DNA from: a virus
Taxonomy: Duplodnaviria > Caudoviricetes
DNA length: 59,757 nt
Virus record (IMG/VR): IMGVR_UViG_3300027983_000018
Coordinates: 1 to 59,757 of that record
Reading direction: 5' to 3' (one strand)
Of this stretch, positions 8,323-18,081 are shown piece by piece (within the stretch, counting starts at the first letter, position 1; each line of letters opens with the position of its first letter). The notes below the pieces were generated by a model. The model did not search any database. It saw only the letters and a list, made by a program, of their open reading frames with translations, and had not been told where the DNA came from. The position numbers were made by a program, and so were the translations under genes.

Positions 8323-9330
8323 ATGCTTGCAGTAAAAAATTACAGTAGTGAAAATTTCCCAATAGATAGCGGTTTAGTTTTTGAAAAGGTTTTAAATTTA
8401 GACGAACCTTTAACAGGGCAGTCTGTAAAAATAAATTCAATCTTTAATCCCGGAGATAAAACACCGTCAATGATTTTGTTTTATTCAGAGCAAGGGTTTT
8501 ACAGGTTCAAAGATTTTTCTACAGGAAAGTATGGAGATGTTTCGGACATAGTAATGTATCTATACAAAATAGATTCAAGACAAGACGCATTTGTTAAAAT
8601 TTTAGAAATCTTTGATAAGACTGATTATGTTCCTGTTAACTTATCAAGTGCAGGTTATGTAAAAATCGTAAAAGAAATAAGCAAATACAAAACAAGAAGA
8701 TGGTTAAAGTACGACGAACTTTTTTGGAAAGAATTTTACATAGGAGGACCTTTCTTAAAAGAATATCGAATCTTACCTATTGATTCATTTACAATAACAG
8801 CAACAGAAAATACAAAAGTAACACACATGGATTTCAATCCTGCTGTAGCATACGGATACTTCAACAAAAAAAACGAACTGTGTAAAATCTACACTCCGTT
8901 GAATAAGAAAATGAAGTTCTTGAAAGTTAACAATATGATCCAGGGACATGAACAATTAAAATACAACACCAAGTGTTTAATCATTGGATCTTCTTTAAAA
9001 GACATTGGCGCATTTAAGTCTATGAAGTTTAAAGAATTTGAATTGGTAGCCCCAGACAGTGAAAATGTTGACATACCAAGAGAAATAATTGAAGAGTACA
9101 AAAGCAAATACACCTACATCTTTTCAATGTTTGACAATGACATTGAAGGAATGAAGGCAATGAAGCATTACAAAAAAGAATACGGCATTCCTTATATTTA
9201 TTTCACAGTAGAAAAAGATGTAGCAGAATGTGTAAAACAACATGGTCCGGAAAGCTCTCGTGTTTTTTTCAAACCAATTTTAAGAGATGCAATTAGAAAA
9301 GAAAATATTAGACTTAATAACAAACAGTGA
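8323..9330 (+). CDS. DnaG-type (TOPRIM) primase, crAss-like
   Basis: DKTPSM...FKDFSTG N-domain, SSLKD, APDSE and FDNDIEG (DxD). Start moved past the terminator. Confidence 0.85.
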   Translation: MLAVKNYSSENFPIDSGLVFEKVLNLDEPLTGQSVKINSIFNPGDKTPSMILFYSEQGFYRFKDFSTGKYGDVSDIVMYLYKIDSRQDAFVKILEIFDKTDYVPVNLSSAGYVKIVKEISKYKTRRWLKYDELFWKEFYIGGPFLKEYRILPIDSFTITATENTKVTHMDFNPAVAYGYFNKKNELCKIYTPLNKKMKFLKVNNMIQGHEQLKYNTKCLIIGSSLKDIGAFKSMKFKEFELVAPDSENVDIPREIIEEYKSKYTYIFSMFDNDIEGMKAMKHYKKEYGIPYIYFTVEKDVAECVKQHGPESSRVFFKPILRDAIRKENIRLNNKQ

Positions 9331-9718
9331 TCCCGAAGTATCAGAGCTTGGATACAACATGCTAACAGCAAGACTTGACACAACAAACGTCATATATTGG
9401 CACTACAAACTTAAAAAATTAAGAAAAGAAAAAGACTTTAAAGTTAACACTGGTCCAAAAGCTAAAGACCTAATACATAAGTCTCATTCGCTAGTTGGAG
9501 TAAATCTAATGGATGATGGAGAAGCTGCAGGAATAGTAGCGTTCATAAAAAAACACATCGATTACATATCAAATGATTCCATCAACGCATACTTTGAAAA
9601 CCTAAACACAACAATGTTCTGGAACCTAACGGTAAACTCAAACAAAACCGTTGACGAAATACACGAGTTCAAGAAACAAATTAAAGCTTTAAACAATGAG
9701 CATAAACCTTCAGAATGA
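9287..9718 (+). CDS. hypothetical protein
   Basis: 143-aa ORF overlapping both neighbours. Confidence 0.7.
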   Translation: MQLEKKILDLITNSDPEVSELGYNMLTARLDTTNVIYWHYKLKKLRKEKDFKVNTGPKAKDLIHKSHSLVGVNLMDDGEAAGIVAFIKKHIDYISNDSINAYFENLNTTMFWNLTVNSNKTVDEIHEFKKQIKALNNEHKPSE

Positions 9719-10928
9719 GTTAGCCTCAACCTGTAAAAATATAATGATTGAACAACCCTACTACGGACTACTACTTTTGAATTTACAAAAAGAGTTTACC
9801 TCAGTAGGAATCAAAACAGCAGGTGTAGGATTACAAGGTATTAATTACAAACTTCTTATCAACCCAGAATTTTGGGAAACATTATCCCCAAGTAAGCGCA
9901 AAGGATTAATAATCCACGAGTTACAGCACATTGCATTCTTCCATATAACAGAGTACGACCACCTCAAGCAACAAGACACAGCAAACATTGCAATGGATCT
10001 TGAAATAAATCAGAACATCTCTGATGAATACCTGCCTGATAACGGTTGTACACTAGACAAATACCCAGACAAAGGATTACTACCACACGAAGGTACCAAC
10101 GCATACTACAAGAAACTTGAGAAAGATGAGTCAGGTGACGGAGCAGGTGGTACAGGAAGCATGAGCCAACAAGTAAATCAAGCAAAACAAGACGCTAAAG
10201 GTACAGGGCAACAACCAACAACCGGCTCAGGAACAACAACAGCAAAGATACCCGACCATCAATGGGGACAATGCGCTGACATGAATGAAGCACAAGTCAA
10301 AATGGCAAACAAGCAATTGGAAGTCATAATGAATCAAGTAGCTGAACAAGTTAGGAAAAGCCAAGGTAGCATCCCATCTGAGATAGATGCCATCCTAAAG
10401 CGTCTCGCTAACATTGAGCCACCAAAGTTTAACTGGAAAGCTTACCTAAGAAGATACATTGGGAACTCAGTAAGGAACTCAATTAAAAAAACAAAAAGAA
10501 AACAATCAAGAAGATTTGTGGAAGAAAACGGTATAAGGATACAAGAGTTCTCCCACATACTAATTGCAATTGATTCGTCTGCATCAGTGTCTAACAATGA
10601 AATACTAGAGTTCCTAAATGAAATACATCACATGTATAAATCAGGACACGACTTTACGCTAATTTTCTGTGACACAAAAATGCAAGCACCAATCAAATAT
10701 AAACCAAACATAGACCTGCCTATAAAAAAAAGAGGAGGTACTGATTTCAATCCCGTGTTGGATTACTATCATCAACACAAGCGTAAATACTCCACGTTAA
10801 TTTACCTAACGGACGGAGAGGCAAATTTGCCAAAAAAGATTGCAAAGAATATGTTGTGGGTACTATCTACAATCAGTTCTGATGCTGATCATTTAAAAGA
10901 ATGTGGTAAAGTAATAAAACTTAATTAA
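9696..10928 (+). CDS. DUF2201-type metallopeptidase-vWA domain protein
   Basis: HELQH (HExxH), NIAMDLEINQ, G/Q linker, MIDAS IDSSAS, GGTDF, YLTDG. Confidence 0.88.
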   Translation: MSINLQNELASTCKNIMIEQPYYGLLLLNLQKEFTSVGIKTAGVGLQGINYKLLINPEFWETLSPSKRKGLIIHELQHIAFFHITEYDHLKQQDTANIAMDLEINQNISDEYLPDNGCTLDKYPDKGLLPHEGTNAYYKKLEKDESGDGAGGTGSMSQQVNQAKQDAKGTGQQPTTGSGTTTAKIPDHQWGQCADMNEAQVKMANKQLEVIMNQVAEQVRKSQGSIPSEIDAILKRLANIEPPKFNWKAYLRRYIGNSVRNSIKKTKRKQSRRFVEENGIRIQEFSHILIAIDSSASVSNNEILEFLNEIHHMYKSGHDFTLIFCDTKMQAPIKYKPNIDLPIKKRGGTDFNPVLDYYHQHKRKYSTLIYLTDGEANLPKKIAKNMLWVLSTISSDADHLKECGKVIKLN

Positions 10929-10934
10929 GAAGAG

Positions 10935-12125
10935 ATGAAGGTAGAATTGAACAGTTTAGAGTTAAAAGAGACAATTAAGTATATGATACTTAATAACCGA
11001 AAATTGCAAGTAAATGGTAAAAACCCTGTTGCAGTTTCAATATGTGGTCCTGCTGGTTTAGGTAAGTCAAGTGTTGTAGAACAGCTTTCTGAGGAGATTA
11101 AGTTGAACCACATAGAGTTGATTAATTTAGCTCAATTAGATGAGTTAGGTGATCTGATTGGTATTCCAATTAAAGAATACTACATGACTATACAAAAAGA
11201 CGGTAAAGCCGTTGGTAGATACATTGATGAGAGAGTAATTGCTCAATATGAAAGTCAGGGCTACACTCTTACAAACAACTCAAGAATGAGTTACTCTAAA
11301 CCAAGTTGGTTATCGGGTAAAGGTGAGAATGGTGTTCTTATATTGGATGATTTCAATCGTGCGTCACCAAGATTCATGCAAGCAGTTATGGAGATTGTAA
11401 ATAAGCAGCAATATATTTCATGGAAACTTCCTAAGAACTGGACTGTGTTGCTTACAGAGAATCCTTCAGATGGAACTTATGATGTTACTGAAGAAGATCC
11501 TGCGTCAAAATCAAGACGTTCTACATTCAATATGAAGTGGGAAGTAGAATCATGGTCTCAATGGGCTGAGAAACAAAAGTTGGACTCACGAGCAATTAAC
11601 TTTATGTTGATGAATAAGGAAATTGTAAAACCATCTACTCCTGAGATTAATCCAAGGTCGTTGGTGAATTTCTTTAATGCTATTTCTGGTGTAGAAGATT
11701 TTGATAAGCAGTTGCCATTGATTCAAAACATTGGTGAAGCGACGGTAGGACCGGAAGTTGCCATGATGTTCACACAGTTCATCAATAACAAGTTGGACAA
11801 AATGATTACTGTTGAGGAAATTCTTAACGTTAAAACTGATTTTGAGAAAGTAAATGCTGAGCTTAAATCATTTGTTAAAAGTGGAACTGATTACAGAGCT
11901 GACTTAGCGTATGTAATTACAACAAGGTTGATTAATCATTTGAATGAAACTGTTACTAATAGAGAAGTTACACCTGCCTTCATAAACAGAATTAAAGATT
12001 TAATGCTGAGTGATACTTTAGGAACAGACTTGAGGTTTGTTTTGACTAAGAAAGTAATAAACTCCAATGACAAGTTTAATGTGTTGTTGATGGATTCAGA
12101 TGTTGTTCAAATGATTTTAGATTAA
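10935..12125 (+). CDS. MoxR-like AAA+ ATPase
   Basis: GPAGLGKS, ILDDFNRA, ENP, NPRS sensor; adjacent to the vWA partner. Confidence 0.88.
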   Translation: MKVELNSLELKETIKYMILNNRKLQVNGKNPVAVSICGPAGLGKSSVVEQLSEEIKLNHIELINLAQLDELGDLIGIPIKEYYMTIQKDGKAVGRYIDERVIAQYESQGYTLTNNSRMSYSKPSWLSGKGENGVLILDDFNRASPRFMQAVMEIVNKQQYISWKLPKNWTVLLTENPSDGTYDVTEEDPASKSRRSTFNMKWEVESWSQWAEKQKLDSRAINFMLMNKEIVKPSTPEINPRSLVNFFNAISGVEDFDKQLPLIQNIGEATVGPEVAMMFTQFINNKLDKMITVEEILNVKTDFEKVNAELKSFVKSGTDYRADLAYVITTRLINHLNETVTNREVTPAFINRIKDLMLSDTLGTDLRFVLTKKVINSNDKFNVLLMDSDVVQMILD

Positions 12126-12126
12126 T

Positions 12127-13083
12127 ATGAAAAAAAAAAATAAAATTGCATCGTTGCCTAGTAGGTTCTTTAAAGATGTAAGTAAAAGAACAATGACCGT
12201 TTCTCCAATTGAAGAAAACAATACCGAAAGTTTAAAGTTTTATTATAACTATGCGTCAAGCAGTCACAATGATGTGGTTAACGGAGAAAATGAAACCGCA
12301 GAAAGAACTAAACAGGAGATGTTTTTTGATGACCCAAAACTGTTGCTGCATAAAGAATTTCCAAATGTTCATTGTGAAAATGAAAGTAAGTACAAGTACA
12401 AGTTGGTTACTTCAAAATCAATGGTTAACGTAAAGTTAGTTAGTGTAGTTGAGATTTTACGTTTTGTGCCAAAAACTTACTATAATAAAGAGTTTGATGA
12501 CGTTAAAAACATTCTTACTCAAGCCATTCTTTTAGATGAAATAGACGAAAGCACTTTTGTTTATATTCCTGGATCTACAGATAGAAGTTATAATGGAGCA
12601 GCTTCTTGGTACGATGAGATGATTCAAAGTAGAATCTTAGTTGATTCCATACGTTGCTTTGTTTCTAAAGAAGACATAGAGTTGATTCACATACACGAAT
12701 TAATATATCACAGCGAACGGAAAGTTTTATCTAACCCTGACTTTCACACTCTGTCAGGAATGTTTAAAAATCACGAGACTTTAACTATAGCTTGTAAGAT
12801 TATTAACCAGGCAAACATTTCAAAAAGTGTAATCCTAATTCTTCTTTTGATTAATCATTTAGATCAAAAAGATTATGCTAAAGTTAAGGCTTCCATAAAA
12901 TTAATCCCTCAATATTTTGACATTCACGGAAGAAGTGTAGACCAAATTGTTTATACAGCTACTAATTTGCTTTCAAGAGAATTGAAAAATGAGGAGTTGG
13001 AAATGATTGCTGATTTATATGCGTCAGATCTAATGCAGAAGAGTAACATGTTTGAGTTTAAATTAAAAATAAAAAAAAAGTAA
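12127..13083 (+). CDS. hypothetical protein
   Basis: 318-aa ORF coupled to the MoxR gene. Confidence 0.75.
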   Translation: MKKKNKIASLPSRFFKDVSKRTMTVSPIEENNTESLKFYYNYASSSHNDVVNGENETAERTKQEMFFDDPKLLLHKEFPNVHCENESKYKYKLVTSKSMVNVKLVSVVEILRFVPKTYYNKEFDDVKNILTQAILLDEIDESTFVYIPGSTDRSYNGAASWYDEMIQSRILVDSIRCFVSKEDIELIHIHELIYHSERKVLSNPDFHTLSGMFKNHETLTIACKIINQANISKSVILILLLINHLDQKDYAKVKASIKLIPQYFDIHGRSVDQIVYTATNLLSRELKNEELEMIADLYASDLMQKSNMFEFKLKIKKK

Positions 13084-14103
13084 ATGGAAAGTCTAAACCC
13101 AGAACAATTATTGGCCGTAAGTAATTTTTACGAGCAAGAAAACATTGCACTAAGTCCAAGTGCATTAAAGTTATTAATGACTAGCCCTGAAGCATACTAT
13201 AAGAAGTATGCTTTAAAGGAAGAAGAGAAAGTTAAAAAGAAGTTTTTTGATGAAGGTTCTCTTTTACACGCACTGGTTTTACAGCCAGACGAAGTAGCTG
13301 ACATGTTTGTAAACATGGTTGTATCAGCACCGCCAGACAGTGCAAAAACATTGTGTGATTATTTATTGGATCTTAATGATTTATCAGATCAGTTAGAGAT
13401 GTATGAAGAGCAGATCTTAACTTATTTAGCTGAGATAAATCTTCACCAGTCATTAGTTGATGATAAAAAAGCACCTTTTAAAACAGGGGATGAAAAGAGA
13501 TTAGAGAAAGTAATAACTGAAAATGCTATTCTTTATTTTGAATTAATGCACACCAACAAAGATAAAATCATTGTTGACAATGCATCTTGGGAGAAATGTG
13601 TAGACAAAAAAGATGCAATTCTTAAAAGTCCTTACGCAAAAAAGTTACTTTTAATTGATGGAGAGAAGCAAGAAATAAGTAAAGAATTGTTGTTGACAAA
13701 CAAGCACGATGGTATAAATTACACATTGAAAGGAATTTTAGATTGCATCAAAGTTGACAGAATTAATAAAAAGATTTATGTTACCGATTTAAAAACAACA
13801 TCTGCCTCTTTAAAAGAATTTGTGAAATCTGTTGAGACTCATGGATACTGGTTACAGGGAGCAATCTACTACCTTTTAGCGCACTCGTTGACTCAAGGTA
13901 CAGCAATGAATTATGAGATTGTAGTAAATTTCTTAGTTGTAGATGGTAAAAATCAAGTTTACAACTTTGAGGTTTCAAGTGAAACAATGGAGAGTTGGTT
14001 AATAAGATCAGAAGAAGTTATCAATGTTCAGTTTGAGTATCACTACAAGAATAAAGATTTCACTTTACCTTATTCTTTTGCAAATAATTTAATAACTTTG
14101 TAG
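13084..14103 (+). CDS. PD-(D/E)XK exonuclease (DUF3799/RecE-like)
   Basis: LSPSALK, GSLLHALVL, KGILD, DLKTT, YWLQGAIY motifs. Confidence 0.85.
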   Translation: MESLNPEQLLAVSNFYEQENIALSPSALKLLMTSPEAYYKKYALKEEEKVKKKFFDEGSLLHALVLQPDEVADMFVNMVVSAPPDSAKTLCDYLLDLNDLSDQLEMYEEQILTYLAEINLHQSLVDDKKAPFKTGDEKRLEKVITENAILYFELMHTNKDKIIVDNASWEKCVDKKDAILKSPYAKKLLLIDGEKQEISKELLLTNKHDGINYTLKGILDCIKVDRINKKIYVTDLKTTSASLKEFVKSVETHGYWLQGAIYYLLAHSLTQGTAMNYEIVVNFLVVDGKNQVYNFEVSSETMESWLIRSEEVINVQFEYHYKNKDFTLPYSFANNLITL

Positions 14104-14118
14104 TCTAAAAAAAAAGAT

Positions 14119-14508
14119 ATGGCTGAAAAAAATCAAGGAAACATGATGATTGTTTCTCAAGAACATTTAGGTAAAAAAACATTCTCTTTAATTCCTGTAA
14201 CAACAGATTGTCCTTTTGTGGAATGCATGTACCTTCCAGAAAGAAAAGAGTTAGCAATAATCTCTAAAGTAAAGAAGGAGACGTTTCATTTCTTCACACG
14301 AGTTGATGCTCAAGGAGACGTTGTTCCTACTAAAAAAGCAAGAATTAACGGTAAGACTCATGCTGAAGAGAGAAAACAAATTGAAACTTTTTATGAGTAC
14401 TATCTTACAGCTGAGAAAGATATTTTGGCGTTCATCAATTTGTTTGCTTTAAATTCTGAAGGATTTAAAATTTCAAGTTACATTCAACCAGTATTGAAGA
14501 AAGTGTGA
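14119..14508 (+). CDS. hypothetical protein
   Basis: 129-aa ORF ending before a terminator. Confidence 0.75.
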   Translation: MAEKNQGNMMIVSQEHLGKKTFSLIPVTTDCPFVECMYLPERKELAIISKVKKETFHFFTRVDAQGDVVPTKKARINGKTHAEERKQIETFYEYYLTAEKDILAFINLFALNSEGFKISSYIQPVLKKV

Positions 14509-14527
14509 TGACGAATTATTAATTTTT

Positions 14528-14555
14528 AAAGGGGTGTTTACGCACCCCTTTTTTT
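14528..14555 (+). terminator. intrinsic terminator
   Basis: AAAGGGGTG-tttacg-CACCCCTTT followed by a T run. Confidence 0.85.
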
Positions 14556-14565
14556 ATCTAAAAGA

Positions 14566-16593
14566 ATGGTACTAGCAAAAGGATACATATATGATTACGA
14601 AACAGTTGTTAACTGCTTTGTTGCTTGTTTTGTGAATGTACAAAACTCTAACGACATTATTATTTTTGAAGTTAGTGATGAAAAAAATCAAATCAAAGAG
14701 TTCATTGATTTCTTAGAACAAGCAATAGAAAAAAAAACATTTCTTGTTTCTTACAATGGATTAAAGTTTGACAACCAAGTTTCCAGACACATCTTAGGAA
14801 AGAAAATTACGTTACTTCGTTCAACGAGCAAGGAAGTTTACGATTACATTTATAAAGGAGCTCAAGAAGTTATTAAAAGATCTAGGGATAGAGAGTTTCC
14901 AATGTATCATCCAAAAAACAATGAGTTTAGGGAATGTGATATTTTAGCAATCAACAACTACGACAACCCTGCTAAGATGAGTTCTCTTAAATGGTTGCAG
15001 TACAGTATGGATTGGCACAATGTAGAGGACATGGAAAAACCGTTTAATGAATTACATAACTCGCAAGACATCCTGTGCCTTAAAGCTTACTGCATCAACG
15101 ACTGCCTGTCAACAAAGAAATTGTTAATTAAGAATAAGTCTGAAATTTTATTGAGACAGAACTTAACCAAACATTTCAAAATTCCTTTACAAAATCACTC
15201 TGAACCAAAGCTAGCAAAAAGCATTTTCCTAAAACTTCTTGCAGAAAAAATGCAGATTTCCGAAAGCACTTTAAAGCAAATGAAAACGTACAGGAAAAAG
15301 ATAAAACTAAGTGAGGTAATTTTACCATACATTCGTTTTACAACTCCTGTATTGAAAGGAACATTATCTACATTTAAACGATTGGTGTTGGATGGAGAGA
15401 ATTTAAAAGGCTCTTTCAAAGAAGAAGTTACTTACCGAGGATTAACATTGTCTTTTGCATTAGGTGGCATACACGGAGCTAAAAAAGGCATCTATAAGTC
15501 ATGTAAAGATTTTATTATAAAGTCTTTTGACGTAACTTCATATTACCCAAATTTAGCCATAAGAAATAAATGGGCTCCAGCACATATTCCAAAAGAAGCT
15601 TTCTGTGAAATTTATGAAAGTTTCTTTGAAGACAGAAAGCTTTATCCTAAAAGCAATCCACTAAATTACGTTTACAAAATTTTATTAAACGCAACTTATG
15701 GGTTGTCAAATGAAGATAATTCTTTCTTAAAGGATTCTTTGTTTACCATGCAAATAACATGCAACGGACAGCTACTGTTAGTTATGTTGATGGAAGATAT
15801 TTGTGAAAACATTCCAGGGGCAAGACCTTTGATGATTAACACAGATGGTAGTGAGATAATTATACCTCGTGAGTATGAAGCAAAGTATCTTGAGATTTGT
15901 GAGAAGTGGGAGAAAATAACAAGCCTGAACCTTGAGTACGAAGATTACGAAAAGCTAATCATTGGAGACGTAAATAATTATATTGGTATTTACAAAGGAA
16001 AAGAAATCAAAGAAGAGGAAGCTCTTTCATTGATAAAGCAAACACCTAAGCCATTAATTAAAAAGACAAAGGACGGAAAGTTCAATCACTACAAAACAAA
16101 AGAAAAAGGTCGATTTGAAATTGACAAAGCTCTTCACAAAAACAAAAGCTACAGAGTAAACAGGATTGCCTTATACAATTACTTTGTACACAACAAGCAA
16201 CCAGAGATGACAATAAGTGAAAACAAAAACATTTTTGATTACTGTGCAGGAGTAAGAATGAAAGGTCAATGGAAGTTAAACGCTACTTGTGTAACAGATG
16301 GAAGCGTTATTGGAACCAAGCTACCAAAAACCCTAAGATACTACATTGCAAACAAAGGATGTAAGTTTATAAAAGTAAAAGAAATTTTTACTGAGGGAGA
16401 ATTAACTGAGGTTAAAAACATAAAACTCGAAGCACAAAACTGCTTAGAGCAAGAAGCAAATAGAATAAATCCAGACAAAAAATTTGAAGAGTACAACTTA
16501 AACTTGTCCTTCTATATTAAGAAAATCAGAAAAGAAATCGAAAGTCTTGATCCAAAACATTCACAAGCAGCAATGAATTTTTATGAAATCTAA
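14566..16593 (+). CDS. polB: family B DNA polymerase
   Basis: Exonuclease motifs YDYE, YNGLKFD, YCIND; polymerase motifs DVTSYYP, KILLNATYG, NTDG. Confidence 0.93.
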   Translation: MVLAKGYIYDYETVVNCFVACFVNVQNSNDIIIFEVSDEKNQIKEFIDFLEQAIEKKTFLVSYNGLKFDNQVSRHILGKKITLLRSTSKEVYDYIYKGAQEVIKRSRDREFPMYHPKNNEFRECDILAINNYDNPAKMSSLKWLQYSMDWHNVEDMEKPFNELHNSQDILCLKAYCINDCLSTKKLLIKNKSEILLRQNLTKHFKIPLQNHSEPKLAKSIFLKLLAEKMQISESTLKQMKTYRKKIKLSEVILPYIRFTTPVLKGTLSTFKRLVLDGENLKGSFKEEVTYRGLTLSFALGGIHGAKKGIYKSCKDFIIKSFDVTSYYPNLAIRNKWAPAHIPKEAFCEIYESFFEDRKLYPKSNPLNYVYKILLNATYGLSNEDNSFLKDSLFTMQITCNGQLLLVMLMEDICENIPGARPLMINTDGSEIIIPREYEAKYLEICEKWEKITSLNLEYEDYEKLIIGDVNNYIGIYKGKEIKEEEALSLIKQTPKPLIKKTKDGKFNHYKTKEKGRFEIDKALHKNKSYRVNRIALYNYFVHNKQPEMTISENKNIFDYCAGVRMKGQWKLNATCVTDGSVIGTKLPKTLRYYIANKGCKFIKVKEIFTEGELTEVKNIKLEAQNCLEQEANRINPDKKFEEYNLNLSFYIKKIRKEIESLDPKHSQAAMNFYEI

Positions 16594-18037
16594 AACAACA
16601 ACAGAAGAATTTTTAAGAAACACACCGCTTCCAGAACAAACAGAAACTTATACTGTTATCTCACACGGAAGCGTAATAGACAAAGCTAGAGAAGTTCTAG
16701 CTTTAAACGGCTTTACCATAAAGGAAGAGCTATATAAAGGATCAGCAACAGGAGAAGTAGCATTGGGGTTTTTCCATTTGGAAAACGACAATGATCCTGA
16801 CATGGGTATGACTCTTAACTGGGCTAATTCTTACAACAAAAAGTTAAGATTTGGTTGTAGTATTGGAGGATTTATTTACGCAAATAAAGTGCAATTTGTA
16901 ACAGACGAAAGTAAAGCAAATTGGATTAGAAAACATACAGGTACCGCATTAGAAGAAACAAATGAAATAATTACAGCAATGGTTGAACAAGCACACGATC
17001 ACTTTGAGAAGATTATTAAAATGAAAAACAAATTCATTAAGCAAGAAGTGTCTGATAAAGATTACGCAAAGCTGATGGGTCTTCTTTATTTTGATAAACA
17101 AATAATGACTTCTGAGCAAATCAATGTTGTAAAAAGAGAGTACAAAAAACCGTCATTCCAATGTGACCACAAAGGAACATTATGGGGACTCTACAAGATC
17201 ATCATGTATGCAGTAGTAGATCAAACATCAGACAAGTGGTACAACCAACAAGTTCAATTGAACAATTACATCCAGGTGATGTTTAACATTGCCAAAGAAG
17301 AAATTGTATCTGAATTTACCATAGATGATATGGATGATGACATTGAAACATTACAGGAAGATTCTGAAGAGACTCAAGAAAACAACCTTACTGAAGAGCA
17401 AATAGAATTAATCAAAGAAGAGTATGAACCAAAAACGTCAGGTGATGATTTTGACATTGATGTAAAAACCACAACGTTTCCTAAGCCAACAATATTTGGT
17501 GCTGAATCTCAAGAAGAAGAAGATGAAGTAATGAAGGCTTTGATTGAGGCAGGGTTAGCTCCAGAACAATTAACAAGTTCTGACAAGGCTATGATGGCAG
17601 ATGTGATTGATGAACTAGAGCACGAAGAAACTATACCCGAAGTACATGTTCCTTGGAAAACGGATGAAGATTCAGATGAATGCATTCTTCCTAAAGCAGA
17701 AAAGAAACAAGTCTTAGAATTAGATTTTGATGAAGTTGAAGAGATAATCTTTTTAGAAGAAGACGAAGACTTCGTAATACTAGAAGAAGAAGATGACTTG
17801 TTAAGCCTAACAGACGATGAGGAGTTAACGTTGAAAGTAACTTTAACCGCGGAGGAAATGGTAGCTCCTGTAAAAATAATTGCTCCGCCAGTTAAGCCTG
17901 TTGAAGTTGATGAAGAAGCATTAGCGTTTGCTAATAAGCATTACTCATCAGTTATTGATCCTGAAATTAAAGTAGTCGAAGGAAAGAATTGCAAAATATG
18001 TACGATTAAAAACACAGGTGACACGTTTGTAATTTAA
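16583..18037 (+). CDS. DUF932-like protein with a long acidic C-terminal extension
   Basis: TYTVISH, NSYNK, RKHTG and TLWGLY in the N-terminal ~235 aa; the remainder is D/E-rich. Confidence 0.7.
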   Translation: MKSKTTTEEFLRNTPLPEQTETYTVISHGSVIDKAREVLALNGFTIKEELYKGSATGEVALGFFHLENDNDPDMGMTLNWANSYNKKLRFGCSIGGFIYANKVQFVTDESKANWIRKHTGTALEETNEIITAMVEQAHDHFEKIIKMKNKFIKQEVSDKDYAKLMGLLYFDKQIMTSEQINVVKREYKKPSFQCDHKGTLWGLYKIIMYAVVDQTSDKWYNQQVQLNNYIQVMFNIAKEEIVSEFTIDDMDDDIETLQEDSEETQENNLTEEQIELIKEEYEPKTSGDDFDIDVKTTTFPKPTIFGAESQEEEDEVMKALIEAGLAPEQLTSSDKAMMADVIDELEHEETIPEVHVPWKTDEDSDECILPKAEKKQVLELDFDEVEEIIFLEEDEDFVILEEEDDLLSLTDDEELTLKVTLTAEEMVAPVKIIAPPVKPVEVDEEALAFANKHYSSVIDPEIKVVEGKNCKICTIKNTGDTFVI

Positions 18038-18044
18038 TAAACTT

Positions 18045-18068
18045 ACGGTCCAGGTAAATCTGGGCCGT
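18045..18068 (+). terminator. intergenic hairpin (weak terminator or processing site)
   Basis: ACGGTCCAG-gtaaat-CTGGGCCGT 9-bp stem with an offset T tract. Confidence 0.5.
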
Positions 18069-18081
18069 TAAATTTTTAATA

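Noticed and set aside
3371-14100. Other TAnnTTTG matches (3371, 7453, 14093) as promoters
   Set aside because: They sit at gene ends and may be real, but lack a correctly spaced -33 TTTG, and the motif arises easily in AT-rich DNA.
3975-16593. Inteins in DnaB or PolB
   Set aside because: Protein lengths are normal and there are no C/S...HN splice motifs or LAGLIDADG blocks.
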